Shown piece after piece: positions 35,388 to 45,438 of a stretch of DNA of 64,000 nt (position 1 is its first letter; the number at the start of each line of letters is the position of its first letter). The DNA lies in contig JBGAQA010000024.1 of assembly GCA_044220955.1 (NCBI GenBank), positions 20,197 to 84,196 of the forward strand, given 5' to 3'. The position numbers and the translations under genes were made by a program. The DNA is from Sandaracinaceae bacterium (GTDB taxonomy: Bacteria > Myxococcota_A > Polyangia > Polyangiales > Sandaracinaceae). The notes below the pieces were generated by a model. The model did no database searches, was not told the origin of the DNA, and saw only the letters and a list, made by a program, of their open reading frames with translations.

Positions 35388-35812
35388 CAGACGGGGGGAT
35401 ACGCGGTGTCGATCGCGAGCGCGCTCCGGACGAGCTCCTTGCTCGCGATGACGAACTTCACGATCGTCGGCAGGTGCCCCTTCTCCAGCTTGAGCTTGTT
35501 CTGCATCATGGCCTTGGTCGGATCGACCGCGCCGCCGAGCACCTCGCGCCACTTCGGGTACTCGGCGACGATCACGAAGTCGGCCGCCTTGGCCGTCTCG
35601 CCGTCCACGTACTCGGCGCCGCGGCACGCGCCTTGGTGCAGGTCGAGCACCATGGCCATGTCCTTGTCCGTGCCGAGGCGCGCGTCGGCCTTGATCACGT
35701 AGGCGACCTTGCCGTGGACCCAGTCCTTGCCGGCCTGCCGGTAGGCCGCGTTGGCGTTGACGGCGTCACGAAATGCGTGGGTCCACTCGAGCGAAGGGAA
35801 GGGCAGGGCCAT
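35387..35812 (-). CDS. SCP2 sterol-binding domain protein
   Basis: FPSLEW..VNANAAYRQAGKDW..LDLHQGACR..ADFVI..W..VDPTKAMMQNKLKL. Confidence 0.8.
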   Translation of the reverse strand: MALPFPSLEWTHAFRDAVNANAAYRQAGKDWVHGKVAYVIKADARLGTDKDMAMVLDLHQGACRGAEYVDGETAKAADFVIVAEYPKWREVLGGAVDPTKAMMQNKLKLEKGHLPTIVKFVIASKELVRSALAIDTAYPPV

Positions 35813-35995
35813 GGGTCCTCGGAGGTGGGCGAACGTAGGCCCGGCGACGCGGGCGCGCAAACATCGGTCGTTCGCCGCGCGGCGCGTCCCGCCGGAAAGC
35901 CGCGGGTTTCTGCTTGAAGGCGGTCGATCTCCGCTACACACCGCCGCGGGGGCCAAGCTATCGGCCCCGCGTCCCGTACACTGTCGAGAGTAGAA

Positions 35996-37102
35996 GTGCG
36001 CGTGGTCTCGGATCGGAACAAGCTGGGCATCTCGGCGAGCATCTCGCTCGTGGGGCATGGCCTCGCGGCGCTGCTGCTCGTCCTGGCGCCGGCCCCGGCG
36101 GAGATCCTGATCCGGCAGGCCGACGAGATCGCCATCGACATCGCGGACGCGCCGCCCCCTCCGCCGCCGCCCGCGCTCGTCGTCACGCCCCCGGACACGC
36201 CGCCGATCGGGGCGGTCGTGCGGCCCCGTCACCCGGACGCGATGCCGGCGACCACGGCGAGCTCCCCGACGACACCCGAGCTCGCGCCGACCACACCGCT
36301 CGTGGCGATCCCGCTCGACGGCGCGCACGAGCCGACGCCGCACGACACGGTCCCGGTCACGCCCGAGCAGCTGCACGAGCTGCTCGACCCGGCGCACATC
36401 GCCGCGGCGTCGGCGCTCCACGACGACACGGGTCCCTCGCAGCCGGGGCCCCCGGCCGAGCTGAACCCCGAGGGCCCGGAGCACGGGCCCACCGCGGAGG
36501 AGGCCGTCGCGCAGACGGAGGCCTATCTCGGCGCCGCGGCCGCCGCCAAGACGTACATCACGCACCGCTCGTTCCACCCCGTGCCGCGTACCGACGGCAC
36601 GTACCACTGGCAGGGAAGCGGGTTCGAGGCGGTCATCCACCCCGACGGCTCGGTCACGTTCAGCGATCACCCCGACATCAGCGTCGACTGGGCGCACGGC
36701 TCCGGCGGCTTCGACATCACCGACGCCATCATGCACAGCGCCGGACAAGATCCGTATCAGGCCGAGCGCGAGTGGTTCATGGAGCAGAGCGAGACCCTGC
36801 GCGAGCGCCTCGAGACGCAGGCGCGCGCGCAGCAGCAGGCGCACTCGCTGACGGGCGTGCGCTCGCAGGTGCGGACGCTCTGGGAAGACGCGAGCCGGCC
36901 CGCCGCCGATCGGCGAAGGGCCATCTTCGAGCTCTGGGACGAGTGCGCCGACGGCGACGAGGGCGCTCCGGCGCGCGAGGCCATCGTCGCGTTCATCCGG
37001 CGCGAGATCCCCGACAGCAGCCCCGACTCGTTCACGATGATCGAGCTCGCCAGGATGAACGCGCACCGCCAGAGCGCCGAGCGGTTCGATCCTTATCCCT
37101 GA
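35996..37102 (+). CDS. Hypothetical membrane-anchored Pro-rich protein
   Basis: N-terminal TM (ISLVGHGLAALLL), Pro-rich stalk, C-terminal domain with IHPDGSVTFSD, FDITD..GQDPY, IFELWDEC. Confidence 0.7.
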   Translation: MRVVSDRNKLGISASISLVGHGLAALLLVLAPAPAEILIRQADEIAIDIADAPPPPPPPALVVTPPDTPPIGAVVRPRHPDAMPATTASSPTTPELAPTTPLVAIPLDGAHEPTPHDTVPVTPEQLHELLDPAHIAAASALHDDTGPSQPGPPAELNPEGPEHGPTAEEAVAQTEAYLGAAAAAKTYITHRSFHPVPRTDGTYHWQGSGFEAVIHPDGSVTFSDHPDISVDWAHGSGGFDITDAIMHSAGQDPYQAEREWFMEQSETLRERLETQARAQQQAHSLTGVRSQVRTLWEDASRPAADRRRAIFELWDECADGDEGAPAREAIVAFIRREIPDSSPDSFTMIELARMNAHRQSAERFDPYP

Positions 37103-37120
37103 GCGCGCTAGGGTCGGCGC

Positions 37121-37903
37121 GTGTCCGACGCCCCCCTGATCCTCCGCTCGCCGCTCCTCGACGCGAGCGGCTTCGCACACGGCTTCTCCACGCGCGTCGG
37201 CGGCGTCAGCGTCGGCCCCTACGCGTCGATGAACGTCGGCTGGGCGCTCGGTGACGATCCACGCGCGGTCGAGGAGAACCACCAGCTGCTCGCCGCTGCG
37301 ATCGGCCACGCGCGCGCGGCGCTCCGGCTGGCGACGCAGGTGCACGGCGCCAGCGTCCTCGACACCGACGTCGTGACCCGCGATCGGCGATCGGAGCCGC
37401 CGGGCTCCGGCCACGATGCGCTCGTGGCGCGGACGGCGGGCGTCGCCGTGGGGGTGCGGACCGCGGACTGCGTTCCGATCCTGGTCGCCGATCCGGCGAC
37501 CGGGGCCGTCGCGGCGATCCACGCGGGCTGGCGGGGCGTCGTGGCGGCGGTCGTGCCCGCCGCCCTCGAGGTGCTCGCGCCCGACCGGGCGACGCGCGGC
37601 CGCCTGCTCGCGGTGATCGGGCCGCACATCCGGCCGGACCGCTTCGAGGTCGGGCAGGACGTCGCCGAGCAGATCGCGCGCGCGAGTGACGCATCCGTGG
37701 TGCTGCCGCGCTCGCCGCGTCCGCACGTCGACCTCGCCCGCGCCATCCGGGTCCAGCTCGAGCGCGCCGGGCTCGACGCCTCGCGCATCGACGACGTCGG
37801 AGGCTGCACGCTCGGCGAGCCCGAGCGCTTCCACTCCCACCGGCGCGACGGTGAGCGCAGCGGGCGCATGCTCTCGGTCATCGTCGCGCGCGCGGCGGGC
37901 TGA
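37121..37903 (+). CDS. pgeF: Peptidoglycan editing factor PgeF/YfiH
   Basis: HGFSTRVGGVS, QVHG, TADCVPIL, HAGWRG, FHSHRR. Confidence 0.93.
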   Translation: MSDAPLILRSPLLDASGFAHGFSTRVGGVSVGPYASMNVGWALGDDPRAVEENHQLLAAAIGHARAALRLATQVHGASVLDTDVVTRDRRSEPPGSGHDALVARTAGVAVGVRTADCVPILVADPATGAVAAIHAGWRGVVAAVVPAALEVLAPDRATRGRLLAVIGPHIRPDRFEVGQDVAEQIARASDASVVLPRSPRPHVDLARAIRVQLERAGLDASRIDDVGGCTLGEPERFHSHRRDGERSGRMLSVIVARAAG

Positions 37904-37933
37904 GCGTCCCGGCACGCACGCTCGCGGCGCCGA

Positions 37934-39136
37934 TCAGAGGTCCGTGCGGTGCAGGTCGGCACCGACGCACTCGTAGCGGCGCAGCAGGACCTCGCGCCCT
38001 CCCGACGGTCCGATCGGCGACGCGACGAGCACCGCCTCGCCCGTCCAGACGGCGCGAGACCCCTCGGGTGCGAGGGCGGGGGGCAGCCATGCCTCGACGC
38101 GGCTCTCGCTCTCGGTGAGGCGGCGCGCCACGGCGCTCTCGCCCTCGCGCGCCTCGAGCACGGGGCGACCCGCGTCGCATCGGGTCGTCAGCGTCACGCG
38201 CCGCAGCTGGTGTGTCGCGCGGCCCATCGGATCGATCCGCGCGAAGGCCTCGTCGTCGCCGCACCGCGCCCGGAGCACCGCGCCCGTGTCCGCTCGCGCG
38301 ATCGACACGGGCGTGCAGCCGGCGAGCAGCTCGGTCGCAGCGGCGTACTGGCTCGCGGGGTCCGGGTTGATCACGAACATCGTCGTGGCGGGGCTCTCGC
38401 CGTGGCAGACGCCGTAGAACCAGGGCTGAGCGCCTCCGCCCCCGGAGAGGGCACCCGGGAGGAAGGGCGAGCACGGGCTCGCGACCTCCGACGCACCGTC
38501 GCCGCGCACGGAGTCGCCGCCGGGAAGCATCGTGCGCGCGAAGCGCGCGCACTCGGTCGCACCCCCGCTGGTGTCGTGACATGGACCACGCATGATCCGG
38601 TGCGCCACGTAGAGCTCGCCGCTCGCGAGCGCGGCGACCACGAGGTTGCCGCGCCCCGACGAGCCGAGCTCCATCGGCGCGAGCTCGACCGCTCGGCCGA
38701 ACGCGGGCGCCGTCGCCGCGTATGCGGCCTCGGTGCGCAGGCCGTCCAGGACGATGACCGACCAGGCGACCCCGAGGTGCGTCCCGCTCTCGGCCATCGC
38801 GAGCTCCACGACCTGGTTCGGCGCCTGGTCCGAGGAGCCGCCCGCCGCGAGGCTCCCGCCGGCGATCTCCGCCTCGCTCCCGCGCGCGGCACCGCCCGGC
38901 CCGAGCTCGAGGACCCGGACGCCCGCCCCGTCGCTCGCGGGGACGCCCCACGCGAGGAAGGTGCCCGCGGGGCCGGACACCAGGTCGAACGCGGCCGCCG
39001 TCGCGATCGCGCGCGCCGCGGCGATCGGCGCTGGCGGCGGCGGCGGGGGCGGCCGGGGCGGCGGCGGCGGCGGCGGGTCCTCGAAGAGCGAGCATCCCGA
39101 CAGGAGCACCAGGGCGAGCGAGGAGGCGGGCCGCAC
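37934..39136 (-). CDS. Hypothetical lipoprotein with poly-Pro linker
   Basis: Lipobox LLSGC after GTG 39136, PPPPPPPRPPPPPPP, paired Cys. Confidence 0.65.
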   Translation of the reverse strand: MRPASSLALVLLSGCSLFEDPPPPPPPRPPPPPPPAPIAAARAIATAAAFDLVSGPAGTFLAWGVPASDGAGVRVLELGPGGAARGSEAEIAGGSLAAGGSSDQAPNQVVELAMAESGTHLGVAWSVIVLDGLRTEAAYAATAPAFGRAVELAPMELGSSGRGNLVVAALASGELYVAHRIMRGPCHDTSGGATECARFARTMLPGGDSVRGDGASEVASPCSPFLPGALSGGGGAQPWFYGVCHGESPATTMFVINPDPASQYAAATELLAGCTPVSIARADTGAVLRARCGDDEAFARIDPMGRATHQLRRVTLTTRCDAGRPVLEAREGESAVARRLTESESRVEAWLPPALAPEGSRAVWTGEAVLVASPIGPSGGREVLLRRYECVGADLHRTDL

Positions 39137-39228
39137 CGCTGCAGCGTACACGAGCGCCCTGGGGCCGGTGGACGGCTCTATCGAGCGTCGGTGCCTCGTG
39201 AGAACATGCGCGCTCGTCGGAGGTCGCC

Positions 39229-41229
39229 ATGCTCCAAGTCCGTCGCGCACTCGTGGTCCTCGCGCTCGGCGCCGCTGGGATGGGAAGCGCCCTGCTCGCC
39301 GGCTGTAGCGGCGGCGGCGATCAGCCGCCGATGGACGCCGCCGTCGTCGTCGATGCGCTGAACGACGGCGGCCGTGCCGACGTGGGCCGCGACGGCGGAC
39401 CGAGCTGCGCGATCGGGCTCTCGCGGGCCATGACGGACATTCCCGTCTGGCCCGCGCTCGAGGTGCTCACCGATGATCCGGACACCGAGACCGGGTACCG
39501 TCTCGCGTTCGATCCCACGACCCATCCGTCGATCGGGATGCGCCTGGCCGGTTACCTGCCGACGTTCACGGACGACCTCTCGACGGTCGACGGGTTCGGG
39601 ATCACCGCCGAGGCGTTCTTCTCGTTCGCGCGCCACTTCGACGACGCGATGCTGGCCGCGCGGCCGCTGACCACGGCCGAGGGGGCCGGGTTCGTCGTCG
39701 TCTCGCCCGGGCCCGCCCGCTTCGTGCCGGCGCTGCTGCACACGACGGACGGCGGAGCCACGCTGCTGCTCGAGCCGCTGACGCCGCTGCCCGAGCAGGC
39801 GGAGGTCGCGGCGTTCGCGACGCGCTCGCTGACCGACGCGGCCGGCGGCTGTCTCGAGCCCTCGTCCGATCTGAGGGCCGAGCTCGCGGCGCCCTCGGCG
39901 CGCGCGCAGGCCGCCATCGCGGCGCTGACGAGCCTGGGCGCGATCACCTCGACGGCCGACCTCGTGGGCTTCGTCGCGTACCCGACGCAGTCGACGACGC
40001 CGGACTCGATCGCGGTCGCGGCCGACGTCGCGACGCGGAGCTTCGACTGGATGGTGACGCCGACCTGCGTGGACGAGGCGAGCTGGCGCCACTGCGAGGG
40101 GAGCTTCGTCGCCGGGGACTACCGCGGCGCGGACGGCGTGCTGCGGCGCACGGCTGGCGCTCCGGCGGCTCCGGTGTCGAGCTACGTGCTGCCCGTCTCG
40201 ATGTGGCTGCCGCTGCACGCCACGGCGCCCGCCCCGATGCTGATCTACGGGCACGGCCTGAGCGGCGGGCGCGATCAGGGCCGGGTGCTCGCGGAATTCG
40301 CCGCGCCCATGGGGATCGCCACCATCGCGATCGACGCCCAGGCGCACGGCGAGCACCCGACGGCTCAGCATCCGGGCGACGCGCTCAACACCGTGTTCGA
40401 CTTCTTCGGCCTGAACCTCGACATGGCGAGCACGCGGGCGCTCGAGGCCGCGCGCCTGCGCGACAACTTCCGCGGCAGCACGTTCGACAAGCTGCAGCTG
40501 CTCCGGCTCCTGCTCGCGCACCCCGACGTCGACCGAGACGGGACGGTCGATCTCGACACCACGCGCTACGCCTACCTCGGCGTCTCCCTCGGCGGGATCA
40601 TGGGCCCCGAGCTGCTCGCGCTCGCCGACGAGCTGACGGCGGGCGTGCTCGTGGTGCCCGGCGGCCGCGTGTCGTCGATCATCTCCGACGGCCCGCAGTT
40701 CGGCCCGCTGATCTCGGCCGCGCGCCCGCGCGGGACGACGGAGGGCGACGTCCGCAGGTTCTTCCCCGTCCTGCAGACGATCATCGAGCGCGGCGACTCG
40801 GCGAGCTACGCCGGGCACCTGCTCCGGAACCGGCTGGTCAGCGCGCCGCGGCCCCAGAGCATCCTGACGGGCATCGTCCTCGACGACGACACGGTCGGCA
40901 ACGTGTCGAACTACGTCCTGGCGCGCGCGCTCGACGGTGTGCCCATCGTCGAGCCGGAGCTCGATCCCGTACCCGGGCTCACCACGGTCGCGGGCCCGAT
41001 CATGGGGAACTTCTCCTCGGGCTCGGGGACCGCGGTCACCGGCGGGATCCTGCAGTTCGACGTCGTCGGCGACGGCATGGGCGGCAGCGAGATGGCGACC
41101 CACAGCAACGTCGGCGACTCGGACGTGGGGGTGTCGGCGTGGCTCGACTTCCTCGACACGCACTTCCACGGCTCGGTGGCGCGCATACGCGACCCCTACG
41201 CCGCGATCGGCCTGGCCCACGCGCCCTGA
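39229..41229 (+). CDS. Lipoprotein alpha/beta hydrolase (lipase-like)
   Basis: Lipobox LLAGC, YGHGLSG, AIDAQAHG, GVSLGG nucleophile elbow. Confidence 0.75.
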   Translation: MLQVRRALVVLALGAAGMGSALLAGCSGGGDQPPMDAAVVVDALNDGGRADVGRDGGPSCAIGLSRAMTDIPVWPALEVLTDDPDTETGYRLAFDPTTHPSIGMRLAGYLPTFTDDLSTVDGFGITAEAFFSFARHFDDAMLAARPLTTAEGAGFVVVSPGPARFVPALLHTTDGGATLLLEPLTPLPEQAEVAAFATRSLTDAAGGCLEPSSDLRAELAAPSARAQAAIAALTSLGAITSTADLVGFVAYPTQSTTPDSIAVAADVATRSFDWMVTPTCVDEASWRHCEGSFVAGDYRGADGVLRRTAGAPAAPVSSYVLPVSMWLPLHATAPAPMLIYGHGLSGGRDQGRVLAEFAAPMGIATIAIDAQAHGEHPTAQHPGDALNTVFDFFGLNLDMASTRALEAARLRDNFRGSTFDKLQLLRLLLAHPDVDRDGTVDLDTTRYAYLGVSLGGIMGPELLALADELTAGVLVVPGGRVSSIISDGPQFGPLISAARPRGTTEGDVRRFFPVLQTIIERGDSASYAGHLLRNRLVSAPRPQSILTGIVLDDDTVGNVSNYVLARALDGVPIVEPELDPVPGLTTVAGPIMGNFSSGSGTAVTGGILQFDVVGDGMGGSEMATHSNVGDSDVGVSAWLDFLDTHFHGSVARIRDPYAAIGLAHAP

Positions 41230-41253
41230 GGCGTGTGGTACCGTTCGTCCGCT

Positions 41254-41670
41254 GTGGCAGCCGCTGAATTCGAGATCGACTACGACGCCGCCTACGTGAT
41301 GTACACCCAGCGCTTCGCCGAGCGCTTCGGAGAGCGCGCCGAGGGCGCGTTCGTGAAGTTCGGCAAGCACATGGTCAAGAACCTCGCCCGGCCCGAGTTC
41401 GAGCGCCGGCTCGACACCTACGTGCGCCTCCACAAGGCGTGCAAGAAGATGCTCGAGAGCGGCTCGACCATCTCGGACGCGCTCGTGCTCGACTTCGACG
41501 AGTCGGCCGCGTGGATCGCCGTCGAGGCTCCGAACGTCCACGCGATGTTCCGGGGCGAGATGGGCGACCCGCGCCTCGCTGCGCCGGAGCTGATGCGGAC
41601 CGATCCCGATCCGAACGCGAAGACCTCCGAGATGGACGCCTCCAGCCTCAAGGTCACGCGGAAGGCCTGA
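41254..41670 (+). CDS. Hypothetical protein
   Basis: Strong GC3 codon bias, globular-looking sequence; no motif recognised. Confidence 0.65.
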   Translation: MAAAEFEIDYDAAYVMYTQRFAERFGERAEGAFVKFGKHMVKNLARPEFERRLDTYVRLHKACKKMLESGSTISDALVLDFDESAAWIAVEAPNVHAMFRGEMGDPRLAAPELMRTDPDPNAKTSEMDASSLKVTRKA

Positions 41671-41691
41671 CGCGCAAGCGCGCCGCGGCCC

Positions 41692-43443
41692 TCACGACTC
41701 CTCGATCCGGATCGTCCGCGTGGGGCAGTGCTGCGCGGCCGCGCGGACCTTCGCGTGCAGCTCCGCCGGAGGCTGGGGCACCTTGAGCATCACCTTGTTG
41801 TCGCGCCCGAGGGCGAACACTTCGGGCGCCTCGCCGACGCACACCGCGTGACCCTGGCAGAGGTCGCGGTCGACGCGGATGCGCAGGGTCGTGGCGTCGG
41901 CGGCAGCAGCCTCGCTCGCTCCGCGCTCCGGCGCGTGGACGTGTGCCGGGCACCCGGCGGCGGCCGCCCTCGCGGCGTCGCTCGGCCCTGCCGGCGCGGC
42001 CGCGCTCGCGGCGAGCTGGCTCAGCTCCGCGCCCATGGCCATCGTGACGCTCGGGCGGGCACGGCGACGGTACCGGACGCGACACGGCTCCTTCGGGCCG
42101 ATCACGAGCCCGCGGAAGTCGGCCTGGATCGCGTCGCCGCAGAGCCCGAATTCGAACTGCCCCAGGAACAGCGCGAGGATGGCCTTGATCTGGAGGATCG
42201 CGAACGCGTTGCCGAGGCACTTGTGGCGGCCGCCGCCGAACGCGATGTACGCGAAGTCCTTCTTGTCCTCGCTCCGTGGCGGCAGGAAGCGCTCGGGATC
42301 GAACGTGTCCGGCTCGGGGAACACGGCCGCGAGGCGGTGGGACACGGTGGGCGAGACCACGACCCAGGTGCCCTCCGGGATGAAGAACGACTTGTACGTG
42401 AAGTCCTGCATCGCGACGCGCACGAGCATGAAGAGCGGCGGGTGCATCCGCAGCGCCTCCTTCACGCAGCACTCGAGATAGGTGAGCTCGCGCAGCGCCG
42501 CGTGGCTCACGGGGCGCCCGCCGCCGAACACGCGATCGACCTCCTCCACCGCGCGCCCCAGCGTGATCGGGTTCTGCAGGAGCTCGAGGAGGGTCCACGC
42601 CGTCGTCACGGAGCTGGTGTGGTGGCCCGCGAAGATGGCCGCGAGCAAGAGCCCCGTGATCTCGTCGTCGTTGAGCGCGCGGCCGTCGGCGTACGTCGAG
42701 TCCATGAGCGTCTGCAGGAAGTCCTCGCCCTTGCGGTCGTGCTTCTTCCGGTCCCGAACGATCTCGGAGATCATCTCGACCATCCGCACGCGGGCCTTGT
42801 CGCGCTTGCGGAAGCTCGGGATCGGTAGGTGAGCGTTGACGTACGCGAGCGGCGTCACGCCTCCCTCGAGGTCGTGGTACACGCGCGCGAACTCCTCGCT
42901 CATCCCCTCGCGGAATTCCTTGCCGAGGAGGCAGCGGCTGGACGTGAAGCTCGTGAGCGCGCGGCAGAGCTCGACGAATTCGATCACGCCGGTCTGCCCC
43001 CAGGCGCGCGTCGCATCCTCGGTCTCGAGGACGACCGCCTCGCCGTACGTCCGCATGCGCCGGTCTTGGAGCGCCGGCAGCAGCATCTTGAGCTGCTCGG
43101 CCATCTTCTCCGGCGAAGCGTCGTAGACGATGTCCTTGCCGAAGACCGGCGTCATGATCTTGTACGCCTCCATCGGGCTCAGGTGTGCGTCGGGCGCGCG
43201 GAAGACGGCCTCGTGCGCCTCGGGACCGAACACGGCGACCATGCGCCGGCCTGCGACGTCGAACGCCGCGATCTCGCCGTGCTCGCGGCTCGCGCGCGCG
43301 AGCAGCTCGATCGTGCCGCGGACGAACTCCACGGTGTGACCGACGACCGGCAGACCGCCCGAGAGGAGCGGTGCGGGCGTGAGCCCGGCGGGCACGGGCG
43401 CCTTCTTCGGGCTGGCGCTCCTGAGGACGTCGGTGAGCTGCAT
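41692..43443 (-). CDS. cyp51: Sterol 14-alpha-demethylase CYP51 fused to 3Fe-4S ferredoxin
   Basis: AYKIMTPVFGKDIVYD, FAGHHTSS, EALRMHPP, FGGGRHKCLG; Ala-rich linker; C-terminal DRDLCQGHAVC..CPTRTI. Confidence 0.9.
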   Translation of the reverse strand: MQLTDVLRSASPKKAPVPAGLTPAPLLSGGLPVVGHTVEFVRGTIELLARASREHGEIAAFDVAGRRMVAVFGPEAHEAVFRAPDAHLSPMEAYKIMTPVFGKDIVYDASPEKMAEQLKMLLPALQDRRMRTYGEAVVLETEDATRAWGQTGVIEFVELCRALTSFTSSRCLLGKEFREGMSEEFARVYHDLEGGVTPLAYVNAHLPIPSFRKRDKARVRMVEMISEIVRDRKKHDRKGEDFLQTLMDSTYADGRALNDDEITGLLLAAIFAGHHTSSVTTAWTLLELLQNPITLGRAVEEVDRVFGGGRPVSHAALRELTYLECCVKEALRMHPPLFMLVRVAMQDFTYKSFFIPEGTWVVVSPTVSHRLAAVFPEPDTFDPERFLPPRSEDKKDFAYIAFGGGRHKCLGNAFAILQIKAILALFLGQFEFGLCGDAIQADFRGLVIGPKEPCRVRYRRRARPSVTMAMGAELSQLAASAAAPAGPSDAARAAAAGCPAHVHAPERGASEAAAADATTLRIRVDRDLCQGHAVCVGEAPEVFALGRDNKVMLKVPQPPAELHAKVRAAAQHCPTRTIRIEES

Positions 43444-43566
43444 GGCTGGCCCGTCTGCCACGTTCCGGCCGAGTTGCAAAACGAACGAATCGGCCCTGAA
43501 ACCAGATAGTTTGTCGCCGCAAACGTTGCGAAACGCGCGCAACTCGGCGCATGCTCCACGCGCGCG

Positions 43567-44523
43567 ATGCAGACCTCGCTCGTGGTGCTCGGGGCCGTGC
43601 TCGCGGTCCTCGCCGTCATGGGGGTCGGCGCGCTCGCTCGGCGGCGCGGGCTGCTCGACGACGGTGCGGCCAGGGCGCTGAGCCGCCTGGTGGCCGACGT
43701 CACGTTCCCCGCGCTCTGCCTCGACGGGCTCGCGCGCTCGGACGGGGCCACGGTCGCGCAGGGCTGGATCGCGGTCGGCCTCGGCTTCGGGACGCTCGGC
43801 CTCGCGGCTCTCGTGGGTGTCGCGCTCGCGCGCGCGATGCGCGTCCCGCCCGCCGCGCGTCCGACCGTCGTGTTCGCCATCGCGATCGGCAACTGGATCT
43901 TCCTGCCCCTGCCGGTCGCGGAGGCGCTCTTCGGCGAGCACGGCACGACGATCGTGATCCTGAACAACGTCGGGGCGCAGGTGTTCTTGTGGACGCTCGG
44001 GATCGTCATCCTGCGCAGCGGGCGCTTCGACGTCGCCGCGCTCGGCGCCATCGTGCGCAGTCCCGGCCTCTGGGCGACGCTCGTGGGGATCGTGATCGGC
44101 GCGACGGGCGTCGAGATGCCCCGCCAGCCAATCGCGGCCGGAGCCGTCCGGGTCGTCGTGGAGGCCATGCACGCGGTCGCCGGGGTCACGATCCCGCTCG
44201 TCTCGATCGCGATCGGGGCGCAGCTCGCGTCGCCGGGTGTGGCGGCCGGGCCCGGGGGAAGGGCGCTCCAGGCCATCGTCCTGGGCCGGATGCTCGCCGC
44301 TCCGCTCGTCGTCGCGATGGCGATCGTGCTCGCGAGCGGCGGTCTCTCGCCTCAGGCACGCTCGACCGAGCTCTTGATCGCGGCGATGCCCGTCTCGCTG
44401 AGCGCGGCCGCGCTCGTGCAGCGCTACGGGGGAGACACCCCGCTGGTCTCGCGCGCCATCCTGGTGACCACGCTGCTGTCCGTCGTCACCGTGCCGCTCT
44501 GGATGCTCGCCTTTGGCGGCTGA
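43567..44523 (+). CDS. AEC (auxin efflux carrier) family transporter
   Basis: Multi-TM; FPAL, GNWIFLPLPV, AAMP..L..YGGD, TTLLSVVTVP. Confidence 0.85.
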   Translation: MQTSLVVLGAVLAVLAVMGVGALARRRGLLDDGAARALSRLVADVTFPALCLDGLARSDGATVAQGWIAVGLGFGTLGLAALVGVALARAMRVPPAARPTVVFAIAIGNWIFLPLPVAEALFGEHGTTIVILNNVGAQVFLWTLGIVILRSGRFDVAALGAIVRSPGLWATLVGIVIGATGVEMPRQPIAAGAVRVVVEAMHAVAGVTIPLVSIAIGAQLASPGVAAGPGGRALQAIVLGRMLAAPLVVAMAIVLASGGLSPQARSTELLIAAMPVSLSAAALVQRYGGDTPLVSRAILVTTLLSVVTVPLWMLAFGG

Positions 44524-44531
44524 CCCTGGCG

Positions 44532-45425
44532 TCAGATCGGCCGCGAGAGGGCGGTCTCGAGAACGTAGCCGCGCGCGTCGTCCCATCTTCCCGGCGTCGC
44601 CATCGCGTTTCCGGCCGCGTCGACGTCGAGCACCCAGAGCCCCTCCCGTCCCTCTTGCGTGGTGCTGCCCGCGCAGAGGATCGAGGGCCGGACGCCCGGG
44701 AGCTGGAGCCGGTAGTGCTTGTGGATGTGCCCGTGCACGAGGCAGCCGCGCTCCACGTCGCCGAGCGCCTCGAGCAGCGCGTCCGCGTTCTCGAGCCCGT
44801 GCAGCGCGGAGTCGGGCTGCCCACCGTCCTTGCGCGGCGCGTAGTGTGTCGCGACGATCACGAAGCGACCGCGCAGGCGCGGGTCGACGAGCGCGCGCCG
44901 CAGGCCTGCGAGCTGCGCGTCGGGCACGCGCCCGCTGGAGCGCCAGGGCTCGGGGTTCGGGCGAGCGCTGGCGACCGAGACGATCGCGACGCCCGGCAGG
45001 AGGCGCACACGCGGCCAGCCGTCGTCCGCGCCGAGGTCCGGGCAGTCGGTGGGCATCCAGGCGTCGAAGTGCCTGGCGAAGCGCCCCTCGCGGACGCCGT
45101 CGGCCAGGTAGAGGTCGTGGTTACCCGGAAGCACCACGAGGCCGAGCGGGAGCGCGGCCAGCGGCGCTACCGCGGCGGCCGCCGCGGCGAGCTCGGGCTC
45201 GGTGCCCAGGATCGTGAAGTCGCCCGTGCCGAGGGCGAGGTCGACCTGCTCGGCGGTCGCGAGCTCGACGAGGCGCGCGAGCTTCTCCCTGGCGCGGGCG
45301 AAGTGAGGGCGTCGCCGCAGCGCGTGGTTGAGCCCGCCGACGAGGCGCTTGCCCAGCCAGTCGCGCATCGGCACGGCTGAGGGCGGCACGTCCACGTGCA
45401 CGTCGCTGAAGTGCAGGATCCTCAT
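44532..45425 (-). CDS. Calcineurin-like metallophosphoesterase
   Basis: HFSDVH, TGDFT, PGNHD, HGHIH. Confidence 0.9.
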   Translation of the reverse strand: MRILHFSDVHVDVPPSAVPMRDWLGKRLVGGLNHALRRRPHFARAREKLARLVELATAEQVDLALGTGDFTILGTEPELAAAAAAVAPLAALPLGLVVLPGNHDLYLADGVREGRFARHFDAWMPTDCPDLGADDGWPRVRLLPGVAIVSVASARPNPEPWRSSGRVPDAQLAGLRRALVDPRLRGRFVIVATHYAPRKDGGQPDSALHGLENADALLEALGDVERGCLVHGHIHKHYRLQLPGVRPSILCAGSTTQEGREGLWVLDVDAAGNAMATPGRWDDARGYVLETALSRPI

Positions 45426-45438
45426 CGGGCTCGCCGGG

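Noticed and set aside
39020..39080. GGC-rich tract, and similar ones at 4460-4520 and 30340-30380
   Set aside because: Ordinary poly-Pro, poly-Gly or acidic linkers in exported proteins
41692..44586. 964-aa ORF as a larger P450 fusion; likewise extended ORFs 52231-54897, 56519-59038, 35387-37915, 47311-49470
   Set aside because: N-terminal extensions are antisense or off-frame read-through over other real genes; internal starts were assigned
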